A DNA stretch of 64,000 nucleotides from Azolla caroliniana (Eukaryota; Plantae; Polypodiophyta): positions 10,788,001-10,852,000 of the forward strand of contig JBHGNT010000017.1 of NCBI GenBank assembly GCA_043228905.1, in the 5' to 3' direction. The position numbers and the translations under genes were made by a program. Position 1 is the first letter of the stretch. Every line of letters begins with the position of its first letter. The notes beneath the pieces are model-generated. The model worked only from the letters and a program-made list of their open reading frames with translations. It was not told where the DNA came from and made no database searches. Of this stretch, positions 10,730 to 22,075 are shown in pieces.

Positions 10730-12910
10730 TAGTAAATTATAATATCTTTATGTAGAACATATATAACCTAATGGCTAGAGTTGAGGGCTCCTCCTTAGGA
10801 GGTCACCCTAAACCACATGGGGTTTCATCTACTCATGACACCATTGATGACGAGTTCCACAAGTCGTAATGCATGAATTGGGGCTCGGCTTATTTGGATA
10901 TTGATGATGCAATTTAGTTACCAGATCAGAGGCGTTGTCAAGGTTCTCGTCCGGTTACCATCTCCCTCCTTCGATGATGAGTTCCACGAGTTGTAATGCA
11001 TGAATTGGGGCTCGGCTGATTTGGATATTGATGATGAAATTCAACTACCAGATCGGAGGCGTTGTCAAGGTTCTCGGCCGGTTCCCAAGTATGATCATTA
11101 GGTGTATAACCTAACCAGTCCACGAGATAATAAAGCTTCTTACGTACTATCTTGGAGTCCAAAACAACTTTGACTTCGAATTCTGGGCCATCAACAAGTT
11201 GAACCGGAGGTGGGGGTAGAACTGGAATGGAACTAGCATTGTAAGGTTCCAACAATGAGACATGAAATACTGGGTGTAGATGCATGTGTGGGGGCAACAG
11301 ATCAAGGCAGAATGCAATAACATTGATTTGATGAGAGATAATAAATGGACCAAGCCGTTGATAATCCAACTTATCACAAGGTCTAGTGGTCTTCACATTA
11401 CGTCGTAATAGCCATACACGATCCCCGATTCGAAATTTTGGTTCCTCTAGTGAGGAGTAAAGATGATGATGATCTGCAGCCTTCTTGTTTGTGGCTTGAG
11501 CCATATGCAAATGGTGAGAAAGTGGAACATGAACTTCTTGGAGTTGGCGTAGATGGTTCTCAGCGGTAGGGTTTTTTGAGATTTTTGGATGTTTGATCAT
11601 CATCCAACGGGGATGATATCCTATTGAGGAATGACGCGAATTATTGTATGCAAACTCTACAAAGTGTAAAAAATCCACCCAATCATCCTGTTGATAATTG
11701 ATGAAACATCGAAGATATTGTTCTATAGTTTGATTTGTGCGCTCGGTTTGACCATCACTTTGTGGATGATAGCTTGAAGAAACTTTACAAGAGACTTTGA
11801 GCATCTCAAGCAAGTGTTTCCAGAATTTTGAGATGAATTGTGGGCCACGATCACTAATGATGTCATTTGGAAGACCATGAAGCCGAAATACTTCTTTCAT
11901 AATGATGTTTGCAGTTTCTTTATTGTTGTTAGTTTTCGTGCATGGAAGAAAATGCGCCATCTTTGTGAATCGATCTACTACAATTTCTTTACTGTTGAAT
12001 TGTGGGCCACGATCTCTAATGATGTCATTTGGAAGACCATGAAGCCGAAATACTTCTTTCATAATGATGTCTGCAGTTTCTTTATTGTTGATAGTTTTCG
12101 TGCATGGAAGAAAATGCGCCATCTTTGTGAATCGATCTACTACAGTGAGGATAGCATCAAAACTCTTTGAAAGTGGAAGATCTGTTATAAAGTCCACAGA
12201 GATGGATTTCCACGGACTAGTAGGAACTGGCAATGGATGAAATAACCCATATGGTCGATGTAACAGAATCTTTGACCGACAACACATGTCACAAGTACGA
12301 ACATAATCCTCAACAAACTCTTGAAGATGAGGCCACCAATAGTTTTGAGAAACTAGCTCCAAAGTTTTATGGATTCCGAAGTGACCAGCCATTGGGTTGT
12401 CATGACAATATTGCATTACTTGGAGTCGAGACGAACCATTGGGGACATACAAAAGAGTGTTATGAAAAAGTAACCCATTTTTCCATTGAAATTAGTTATA
12501 ATCTTTACAAGGATACTTGGATTTTGAAGAAGATGCACGATCTAAAATGATATGATTCAATACATCTTGAGCAAATTCATCAAAAATGATACCTATTCGG
12601 ATTGAATCAAGGAGCCTGGAATCTTTAGGTGCTTTAGAGGCATTAATAGTCAATAGCTGAAACCGATCAGGCCCTAGGATGACTTGCTTTTGATGATCAA
12701 ATGTGGGTTCACCTGGTTGTGGCGCCAAATAAGATCATCGTGATAGAGCGTCTGCCTTTCCTTGTTGTACTCCAGGGTGATAACTGATGAGGAAGTCAAA
12801 ACGCATCAGGAATTGTGCCCAACAAGCTTGGCGTCGACTCAAGACACTAGCATTTTGAATGTATGTGAGGTTTTTATGATCATTGTAAACAATGATTTGA
12901 TGGGGAGAAC
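10730..12910 (-). mobile_element. Tcn1-like chromovirus 3' fragment (RNase H end, integrase, chromodomain, 3' LTR start at 10840)
   Basis: ORF 10938-12452 has HHCC zinc, DFITDLP, SDRGPQF, DGQTERTNQ, a GPF module and a chromodomain (YLVDWLGY..TWEP). Confidence 0.92.
10938..12452 (-). pseudogene. Chromo-integrase with an in-frame 53-aa internal duplication
   Basis: The segment VVDRFTKMAHFLPC...DRGPQF occurs twice. Confidence 0.9.
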
Positions 12911-13951
12911 TGTTGAGAGACAAGCTCAACATTCGGTGCGTAAACCGGTGCGCAAACCAGTGCGCAACGAGAAGCCGTAGCGGTGCGTAAACCGAGAGGC
13001 CGTTGGAAAGATATTCTGCGTAGGAATATATTTTGGGAGTTAGTGTAGAGCTCAGTTATGAGCATTGAAGTACATGTCAGTACTTCTGTCAGTCCGTATG
13101 GACTTGTATAAAAGTGCTCACTAAGCACATTCTATGTTTGGACTGAGTATTATTTTTGAATTGAGTTGTGTGTGTTCCCTCTCTCACTCTGTCTCTCCCA
13201 CGTACTGTGTGCGTCCAAGCTCTCCATTAAACATGTGTTTTCCTACGTTCTTCTTTCTGTTGCTTCCACGCATTGTTCTTTTTACATGGTATCAGAGCGC
13301 GAGGGTTGAGAAGCTTTGCAGCCGACCTTAGCTCAAAGAAGAAAACATAACCTTCGTAAAGAACAGGAAAAACAAAGTGGATAGAGGCATCGCTAGCTCG
13401 CTTCGGACCGAGAAGCTCGATAGAAACAACTACGTGTCTTCGTCCTACAAGATGCACCAGTACCTGTTCGGGCATGGATACTAGAGCTATGTCGACGGAG
13501 TAAATGACACAACACCCGATTCGACACACAAAGACTTTCCGTCTTGGGAGCAGTCGCGAGCAGAGTTCTCTACTGCTTTGCGTCTTGTGTGGGCAAACAA
13601 CTTCTGAGCTATATTCGGGATGCTTCAGGAAATCTAAAAAAGATTTTTGCCGCAAGCACCACAGCTAGAAAGCTCCAACTCTAACAGGAGTTGAGCAACT
13701 TGCGACAACGCGATTTGTCGGTGGCTGATTACACCTCTAAGATTAAAGATATATGCGATTCCTTAGCCTCCATCGATGTGAACGTCGAGGAAGGCAAAAT
13801 GGTGCATATCTGTCTTGGGGGACTGGTGTCGACCTTCGGAGCGTTCCGAACTGCTGTGTGCACACGGGAGAATACGCCATCGTTTTTTGACCTACAATCG
13901 ATGCTCCTTATAGAGGAGAACCACGTGGGTGCATCGACGAGTACGCACACC

Positions 13952-14321
13952 TGTTGTATGTATGGCTGGACTAGCCGCAACACAGGTGTCTATCCGACAC
14001 TTCTCCAAAGGGGTGGTAGGGATAGGATGTTAATACACGCGTATGATAATTACACTTAAGCACAGACGAAGACAAGATCAATAAGCATAAGCAAAACTAT
14101 ATTAATTCTTCGTAACTTCATTACAAAACATCGGATCCTTTTATAGGCATCCGGCCAGATTACAATCGGTGCTCTTAGGCAACCGTTAACCGAAACCGAA
14201 TCGGTTCGGATCCGGATCGGTTACAACTACCGGATCCGTCCCTCCTAATAATTCTATTCCTATTTCTATATTTATCCGATCCGACCTTGCTTTCCCATTT
14301 GCCTTCTCTGACCGGTCAACA
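13952..14321 (-). repeat. 3' LTR of the gypsy element
   Basis: TG..CA direct repeat of 22076-22445. Confidence 0.97.
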
Positions 14322-14323
14322 CA

Positions 14324-14339
14324 TGGCACGCCCGTGGGA
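14324..14339 (+). promoter_or_regulatory. Inward-facing PBS-like site (tRNA-Arg(UCU)) at the position of the PPT
   Basis: TGGCACGCCCG-TGGGA lies 2 nt from the 3' LTR, and no purine tract is adjacent on the element's sense strand. Confidence 0.6.
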
Positions 14340-14371
14340 AAGTGCATTGCACTTCGAACCCACAGCCGGCT

Positions 14372-16099
14372 TCAGTCTTCCTCCAAAATATCCAGCAAAC
14401 TCCGCTCAGAGGTTTCAAGTGTTGTCTTGCCTGTGCCGTCTCCGACTTCCGATTGGATTGGCTGCCTTTTCGCATCTTGCTGCTCCGACTCTGCTTGTAC
14501 CGGTGGTACCGGTGTTTCTTCTGTATCCTGTCCGGGTCTGTCCTGCTCTACCTCCGTTCCGTTCCCGGTATCGCTCTCTCCGGTTTCCACTGGTTGTGTC
14601 CTTTCCTCCCCGGATTCGGTACTTTCCTGTCTCCACTCTGCATCATCCCCGGCATCAACCTGTTCTTGCTCCGGAAGTTCTTCCTCGGGTAATTCTTGTC
14701 GGGGTGCGTTGTCGGTTGGGTCCTCTTCAGCCGGTCGCTCACCCTCACTGATGGAGATCGGCGTTGTGTGTCCCTCGGCTTCCTGTCGCAGTCGGTCCTT
14801 CTCGTACCCTTCCAATTCTAGTTGGGTTTCGAGCTGCCCGTCATCCAACCTCTCTACTAACCCTCGGATTTCCTTGAGATGCTCTTCTGCTAGAGCATAG
14901 AAATCCTCCGACAGTTCTTCCCGGATGTTGACGATACTTTCTTCGTCCATTTTATAGAACCCATCTCCGGTTATCCTCCGATTTTCTGCATTAGCTCGGA
15001 GTGTCTGCAGTTCAGCTGCCTGTTGTGCCCATTCCCTCCAGAGCTTCTCCGTGCTTTCATTTATGCTGGCCTGAGCTCGGGTACTCCAACTTGACATGAT
15101 GAACTTAATTCGGCCAACCCCTGCTTTAGCCTGTTCCGAAGCTGCTTGTTTTTCCTTCCTTATCCGTTTGATGATGTCGGCCATTAACTGAGCTTGAGCT
15201 TCAGAGTCGGCTTTTTGCTTGTCACAGGTACTCCGCCATTTGTTGATTTCGAAAGTCGACTTCACTTTTTCCTCGTTCCTGCTCTTTGTCAGCTCCCCTA
15301 CTTTCTGCCGAAGTACTTCCATCTCCTTTCTTTGTTCCGACGTCAAGGTCTTCTCCGCCGATACTTCCTCCCTTGCTTTGGACAATTCCAAGCGGTTTTC
15401 CTTGAGCTGCTCTTTCAGCTTCTCTATCTGTCGGTCGTACATTGCTGCCTGATTCTTGATGTCCGACGTGGCCTGTTTATAATCCTTACATAGTCGGTCG
15501 AATTCCTCCGTCTTCTGTTTTAGGCGTCGGTTCGCCTGAGCTCGCAACCGATCATCCCGGTCCTTTTGTTGTCGGAGTTCCTCTCGCATCCGCTCGATTT
15601 CCTGCTCCATTCGTCGGCGCAGCCTATCTTTTTCCTTTTGCAGCGTCCCGTTTTCTTCTTGTAGTCGGTCATTGATGGCTTTGCTTCGGCGAAGGCCTTC
15701 CTCCATTCGCCGTCTGTCGTCTTCTACCAACTTCCGCTGCTCCCTTTCGTTATCTCTCAATGCCTCCTGAGCCTGTAATTCTTCTTTCAAAGTTGCTATT
15801 AACTTCGCGGTCTCAGGGCCGGTTTGCAAGGCCTTCTCCTTCTCCGTTTCTGGTTCGGCTTGCTTTTCTGATGTCTCGACCGGCTCGGTGCCATCTTGTG
15901 CTTGTCGGTTGCCTTCTTTTGCCTGTGCTAGCTCTTCTTGCAGCTCATGTAATTGTGCCCGGAGCATGACCATATCCTTAGTCGTCGTCCTAGTCACTTG
16001 TTCCCTTTGCTCCTCCTCTTTCTCCATTTGGCCCCCCACGTTCTGTGCTTTAAATAGCTCGTGCACCCGTGTGACGGTTGTAACTACTTCCTTCATCAT
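14372..16099 (-). CDS. Extra ORF (eORF), 575-aa coiled-coil protein with acidic tail, function unknown
   Basis: Uninterrupted E/K/R/Q-rich ORF between the pol stop and the 3' LTR, in sense orientation. No obvious transmembrane segment. Confidence 0.85.
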   Translation of the reverse strand: MMKEVVTTVTRVHELFKAQNVGGQMEKEEEQREQVTRTTTKDMVMLRAQLHELQEELAQAKEGNRQAQDGTEPVETSEKQAEPETEKEKALQTGPETAKLIATLKEELQAQEALRDNEREQRKLVEDDRRRMEEGLRRSKAINDRLQEENGTLQKEKDRLRRRMEQEIERMREELRQQKDRDDRLRAQANRRLKQKTEEFDRLCKDYKQATSDIKNQAAMYDRQIEKLKEQLKENRLELSKAREEVSAEKTLTSEQRKEMEVLRQKVGELTKSRNEEKVKSTFEINKWRSTCDKQKADSEAQAQLMADIIKRIRKEKQAASEQAKAGVGRIKFIMSSWSTRAQASINESTEKLWREWAQQAAELQTLRANAENRRITGDGFYKMDEESIVNIREELSEDFYALAEEHLKEIRGLVERLDDGQLETQLELEGYEKDRLRQEAEGHTTPISISEGERPAEEDPTDNAPRQELPEEELPEQEQVDAGDDAEWRQESTESGEERTQPVETGESDTGNGTEVEQDRPGQDTEETPVPPVQAESEQQDAKRQPIQSEVGDGTGKTTLETSERSLLDILEED

Positions 16100-16164
16100 T
16101 ACCTTGATTTTCTTGATCCTCTCTTTTATTGCTTTTCTTAATTATGATTTGCTTTTCTTTTCTT

Positions 16165-16195
<31 letters not shown>

Positions 16196-16287
16196 TCTCT
16201 TCTTGTCTTGAATTTCTAACCGTAGCACCACGTCATTTTTTTTTATTTTTTATTTTTTTTGTTTTTTATTTTCACCCATGTGCCGCA

Positions 16288-19200
16288 TCATTGTTCGGTT
16301 CCCCCCGATGTGTTCGGGTCGGTGCGTACTGTTGTCGGTTCCTCGTTGTTCCGCCTCGGTGTCGGCTCCTCGGTCCTCCGGATCTGTGTCGGTTCCTTGC
16401 CATTCAGGATGTCCGGGTCTTGCTTGAAGGGGTTAGCTGGCATGTGCCCCTTATACGGTTTTAGGCGAAACCCATTTGCCCATTTGCCCACAACTTCTCC
16501 TGACAACGTCCCGAGCTGGTAAGACCCATTGTACTCCTTTGTGATCCAGAATGGTCCGGTCCATCGAAATCGCAATTTCCCCGGCATGTTCCCCATCCGT
16601 GTCTGGAACAGCAATACTGGTTTCCCGACTTCGAATTCCTTTTCGTTACCCCGCAGGTGTCGGTCTACGAAGGCTTTCCTCCTCCTTTGCTCTAGTTCTA
16701 GCTGTAGCAGGCTGGCTATTCGATTTTCTTCCAGTTCCAACAGCATCGCCAGCCGGCTTCGTTCGAATTCCTTCTCGCTTAACCGCTCCTTAACCTGTAT
16801 TCTTAAGCTAGGAATTTGGAATTCTACTGGCATGACTGCTTCCAAGCCGAATGCCAGTCGGAACGGGGTCGTCCGGATGCTAGTCTTGTACGCCGTTCGG
16901 TACGCCCACAGCACGCTCTGCAACTTCGTGTCCCAGTCGGTCCGGTTCTCATTGACGATTTTTCTAAGGATGTTCTGTAGCGTTTTATTCGTTGATTCCG
17001 CTAATCCGTTGGCTTGAGGGTAGTAGGGAGTGCTTCGTTTGTGTACTACCGCATAGAATGATGTCAAACTTTCCACCACCTGCCCGAGGAAATGTCCTCC
17101 CTGGTCACTGATCAGCTCAATCGGGCATCCGTACCGACACCATATGCATTCGTATAAAAATTTGGCCGTGGACGCCGCCGTGTTGTCCCGTAATGCCTTT
17201 GCTTCTACCCATTTCGTGCAGTAGTCGGTAGCCACTATTATATACCGATTTCCGGTCCGCATTGCCGGTGGCTTGAATGGACCGACAAAGTCCAAGCCCC
17301 ACTTTTGGAATGGTTCTAATGGCAAGACTGGGTGATGTGGCATCCGGGCCTGCTCCGTGGGTTGGCCCAGTCGTTGACACAGGTCGCATTCCCTGCTATA
17401 CTTAACGGCATCTCTCATGGTAGTCGGCCACCATAGTCCGCTCTGCCATATCTTCCGGGCTGTTGTTTCGCCGGCATAATGCCCGCCTGCAATTCCACAG
17501 TGGGCTTCCCTCAGGATCAGATCCTTTTCATCGCTCCGCACTGCTCGCCTCCATACGCCATCTGCCCCCTTGTGATAGAGGGTGTCTCCTACCAAGCAGA
17601 AATGTCTGCTCCGTACTGCCATCCTTTTCCGTTCGTCTCGGTCCAGATTTTCCGGGGGAACTCCGGTGCTCAGGAACTGATGCATTTCGGTTAACCATTT
17701 GTCTTCGTCCGCTACTGTGGCCTCCGTTGCCGGTGCCGTCGTGACCCTAAACAGCTCGGCGTCGGGAAATTCGTCCTGTACGCCGTCCCCTGATTCTCCG
17801 GATTCTAGTCTGCTCAGGTAGTCTGCTACCGCATGCTGCACCCCGGGTCGGTGGAAAATGTCGAATTCGAATTCCTGTAATAGCAGCGTCCATCGTGCGA
17901 GTTTTCCTGTCAAGGCTGCCTTTGAGACCAGGTAGAGTAGTGCCGAGTGGTCAACGTGGAAGGAGAACTTTCGTCCGAGCAGATAGTGCCTGTACTTTGT
18001 GACACTGTACACCATTCCTAATGCCTCTCGTTCCGTTGTAGAGTAGTTCTGTTCGGCTTTCGAGAGTTTCCTGCTTGCGTAGTACACCGGCCGATACCAT
18101 TTCGGTTCCGTGAGTTGCATCAAAACGCTGCCGATTGCTACGTCCGACGCGTCGACGAAGACGTGAAAGCTTTTACTCCAGTCCGGCGGCTGCACCACCG
18201 GAGCTTGTGACAGCATGACCTTCAACGCTTGGTAGGCTTTCTCCTCCGTTTCTGTCCATTGGAAAGGTACTCTATGTACAGCAGCGTGCAATGGTGTAGC
18301 AAAGTCGGCAAGGTGCCGTATCATCCGACTATGCCACCTTATTTGACCAAGGAATCGGCTTAAAGCCTTTGCGTTATTCGGTGCCGGTGCGTCGAGAATT
18401 GCCTTTACTTTATCCGGATCTACCGCGATTCCTTCCCGACTCACCACGTGCCCTAACAAGTTGCCGCTTGCGACTCCAAAGACGCACTTAGCCGGGTTCA
18501 GACTTAATCGGTACTCGCGGCACTTTTCTAAGCATAGTCGTAGGTGATCGAGATGCTCTCCGTGTCGGCTGTAGACGGCGAAATCGTCTAGGAAGACCTG
18601 CATAAAACCGGGAATAAAATCCCCGAAGATTTCCATAATTATCCTTTGAAATGTTGCAGGGGCTGTCTTTAATCCGAACATCATCACGACCGCGACGAAC
18701 ACTCCCCATTCCGTCACGAACGTTGTTTTCTCTTGGTCGGCCGAGTTCATTCGGATTTGGTTGTAGCCGCTGAATCCATCCAGGAAGCTGTAAACTTCGT
18801 GGCCGGCCACCGCATCTAGCACGCCGTCCGTGAATGGTAGTGGAAAAGCGTCGGTCACTGTCGCGGCATTTAGTTTTCTGTAGTCCACACATACCCGGAT
18901 TTTGCCGTTCTTTTTCGGGACCACCACTATCGGGCTCAGCCAGGTTGCCTGCTTGACTGGTCGGATAAATCCGACCCGGAGAAGCTTGTCAATTTCCTCC
19001 TTCACCTTTGCCGCATAGTTTGGATTCATCCGGTACCGGCGTTGAGCGATGGGTTTCGCGTCAGTACTTAGATGAATTTGGTGCTGGTAGAGCTGGGGGT
19101 CCAGCCCTCGCATGTCTTCGTATGACCATGCGAACACGTCCTTGAAATCCGTTAATAGTGCTACCATTGCCTGTTTTTCCTCCTTCGGCAATTCCTTCGC

Positions 19201-22024
19201 GACTTTTACTGGTCGGGGTTGTTCTGTTGTGCCGAGGTCCACCTCTTCCAGCTGGGATGCTTTCACCCTTTGGGATATCGTCATTTCTCTTTCTAGGGCT
19301 TCCTGTGCTTGGCGTAGTTCCCGGATCGCCGCTTTGTCCGGCTCGTCCGGCATTGTGATGTACGGCTCTACTGCTGCCGTGATATCCACCTCAAAAAGTG
19401 GGACGATCTGTGGGTGTTCCTCGAGGTACCGGTCAACTTCCTCATCCGGTAAGCCCTCCAACATGTTGATGCTTTCGGCATATAAAGGGGTTGCCTCCTT
19501 GCTAGTGAGCACCCGTGGTTGCGTGGCTACCCGTACCTTTGTTTTCCCTCGTCAGAACGTGATCATATTCTTTTGCCAGTTTTGCTTGATATGCGCCGTT
19601 CGCAGCCATGGTCGTCCTAACAGTAGGGGATATGTGCCTTGTTCATTCAGCTCTAGTACCACGGCCGATATCCGGAATACGTGGCCTCCTATCGTTACTT
19701 CCAAGTCCCGGATAAGACCGGTTGGTCGGACTGAGCTTGTATCCGCCATGCGTAACCAGAAGGGGCATGGTTCCCACTCCTGGATGCCTAGGTCGTCGCA
19801 TGTCTGTCGACTGATGACGTTCACCCCGGAGCCTCCGTCAATAATTGTTCCTGGAATCTCCTTTCCTTTGACGATTGTCGTGATTGCTGGGCTACTGGTA
19901 TCGACCACCGCTGGGCCTTCCTCCGGGTTGGAGAAAAATGCCGGTGCTGGCGTCGACGTCGGTTTGCTCACGGCGGCTTGTAAGTCTGCTGTAAACCGCG
20001 GCACCAACTGCAGTAACCGTGCCAACAGCAGCACGATCTGACAATCTTGTAATGCTTGCCATGTCGGGTTTTCTCCTGGCTATACGATTTCCTCATCCTT
20101 TGGCATATTTTGGTCTCTTACTTCCGCCGCACCTTGTTCGTTGGCTTCTTTGATCCATTGTGCCGCTTGTTTTCTGATTGCTTCCTGGGCTTCCCATTCG
20201 GCGGCCTTCCCCTTCGACCGCGTGGTAACCTGCTGTACTTCGGCTGTCACCATGTTGACTGCCGGCTGCTTGTCGGTTGTTTTGCTTGGGCATTGATTAC
20301 TGTAATGCCCCTCTTTTCGGCAGTAATAACAGTACACCCTGTGCGTGTTGCTGGATTCTCCTTTTTCCCCTGTTTGGGGAAGGGGCATTCCCCGGCGGTT
20401 GTCCTCGGTTTGTCGGTTCTCCGGTGCCGCTATTGGTTTGTCATTCCTTGCTGCCTCCCGACGCTCCTCTCTACGGAAGAATCCACGCCTTTGGTTCCGT
20501 CGGAAATTCCGGTTCCCTGGCCGCCTTTCTTCTCTGCGTCGCTCGTATTCCAGGGATTCGTCTCGGTCGTACCGGTCCCGGGGGTAGCTATCCCTGCGGT
20601 TCTCCTCTCGGTCATAGCTGTCGCGTCTTCTATCGGGGTATCTGTCGCCGCGTTCTCGTCGGTAGCGGTCGTCCCTCCGGAATCAATCCTCTTCCGGGTC
20701 CCGGTTGCGCGGTTCTATGTGTCGGACTGGTGCCGCTTGTCGAGTTAACAGGTTATACTCGCATCGGTTCGTTGTGTGGGCGCGAGAATTGCATATCATG
20801 CACTGTGCACGCAGGGTGCAGTCGACGGTCGAGTGCCCCGAATTTAGGCATGTTGTGCATTGTAGGGCTTGTCGGAACCGGAGGTCCTCCTCCTTCGGAA
20901 GCGCCTGGTGTAACGCCCCCATCGGCAAGAAGGGGCTCGTCTTGTCCATTTCCAGGACCCGATCAATGACTTGGTCCATTGTGCTGGTGCTGAAATCGAG
21001 GATTCCACACATCGCTCGAAGTGGCTCTTTCAACGCAGCCAAAAAGACTGCTTTGGCCTCCTCTTCGGGTGGTGCTCTTGCTAATTGACTGTGCAAGGTC
21101 TGGAAACGAATGATAAATTGTGGGACCGTCTCGTTTTCTCCCTGCCGGGTGGTGTAGAATTGTCCGACCAATTCCCTTTGTTCCACTCGTCTATGAAACA
21201 GGCGTAAAAACTGGGTTTTCAATGCCTCGAACGTGGCGAAGCTGCCTGGTAAGTGCTTTGCGTGCCACCGGGCCGCCGGTCCTTCTAATGTCATGCCGAA
21301 TTCGGCGACTTTGGATCGGTCGGCCTCGGGCTCCGTCAGTCTCTGGGACACGTGGTTGGCTTCCCATGTTCGCAGGAATGCATACACATGTGCCTCTCCG
21401 TCGGGCTCATCCCGATACTTTGGGTACGGATACGGCATCGTGTCGTCCCACTGATTCTCCTGCGCTGGTTCCTCCGAAGTCAGTATCCGCTCCTGCGGTT
21501 CCTCCGCAGGTGGTGTTGGTATCCGCTCCTGCGGTTCCTCCGCGGGTGGTGTTGATAACCGCTCCTGCGGTTCCTCCGCGGGTGGTGTTGGTATCCGCTC
21601 CTCCCTCCTCGGCGATTGCCGGTCACCGAACTCCAGAGTTATTTCCTCCTCTGGCTCCGATGTTGCTGAGTAATCCGACTCAAAGGGGTTGTTCTCGTGG
21701 CTGCTTTTATAACGGGATCCCACGCTTTCCCCGCTATCCGAATCCGCCTCTAATGTTGCAAATGCCGCTGCGTCCCCGTCGCCGCCGACGAGAGTCTGTA
21801 GTAGTGTCTCCGCTTCTTGGAGGCTAGTTATGCTACTGCCTTCGTCGGAAGCTTGTAGAACCTGGAACTGCAGTGCTTCTTCTGCGATTTGCCGAAGCGT
21901 TTTGGAGAATGACCGATCGCGCCGGATCTCGTCGACGGCTTGCTGCAGGGCTTCCCGTCGTCGCTGCCGTTCGGCGTGGCGTCTCCCTCTTTCGGTGATG
22001 TGGTCGTTATTTTGTCTAGACATC
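16288..22024 (-). pseudogene. Single-frame gag-pol (gag, zinc knuckles, protease, RT, RNase H, integrase) broken by three in-frame stops
   Basis: ORFs 20683-22107, 20080-20388, 19552-20034 and 16288-19512 share one frame. Motifs are CYYCRKEGHYSNQC, IIDGGSG, FLDD, DAS, WGLDFVGP, SDQG and NGLAES. The RT-RH-INT part (1074 aa) is open. Confidence 0.93.
21484..21600 (-). repeat. 36-bp coding tandem repeat (ERIPTPPAEEPQ, about 3 copies) in the gag N-terminus
   Basis: Visible in both DNA and translation. Confidence 0.9.
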
Positions 22025-22058
22025 CATCCCCCGGTTGTCCTCTGCACTCTGCAGGAAT

Positions 22059-22069
22059 CATGGTCGCCA
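22059..22069 (-). promoter_or_regulatory. PBS, tRNA-Arg-like (TGGCGACCATG)
   Basis: Lies 6 nt inside the 5' LTR and resembles the complement of plant tRNA-Arg ends ..GTGGTCG-CCA (recalled). Confidence 0.6.
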
Positions 22070-22075
22070 AAATAG

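Noticed and set aside
14353-14370. ttcgaacccacagccggc as a tRNA-Leu 3' half
   Set aside because: Too short and imperfect to support without a search. Noted only as part of the hairpin beside the second PBS-like site.
19552-20685. U-to-C RNA editing rescuing the stops
   Set aside because: That editing is known from organelles of ferns and hornworts. This is nuclear TE DNA, and deamination explains the stops.
19112-21827. Long + strand ORFs (309, 230, 230 and 235 aa)
   Set aside because: They are antisense shadows of the GC-rich gag-pol, with no recognisable motifs.
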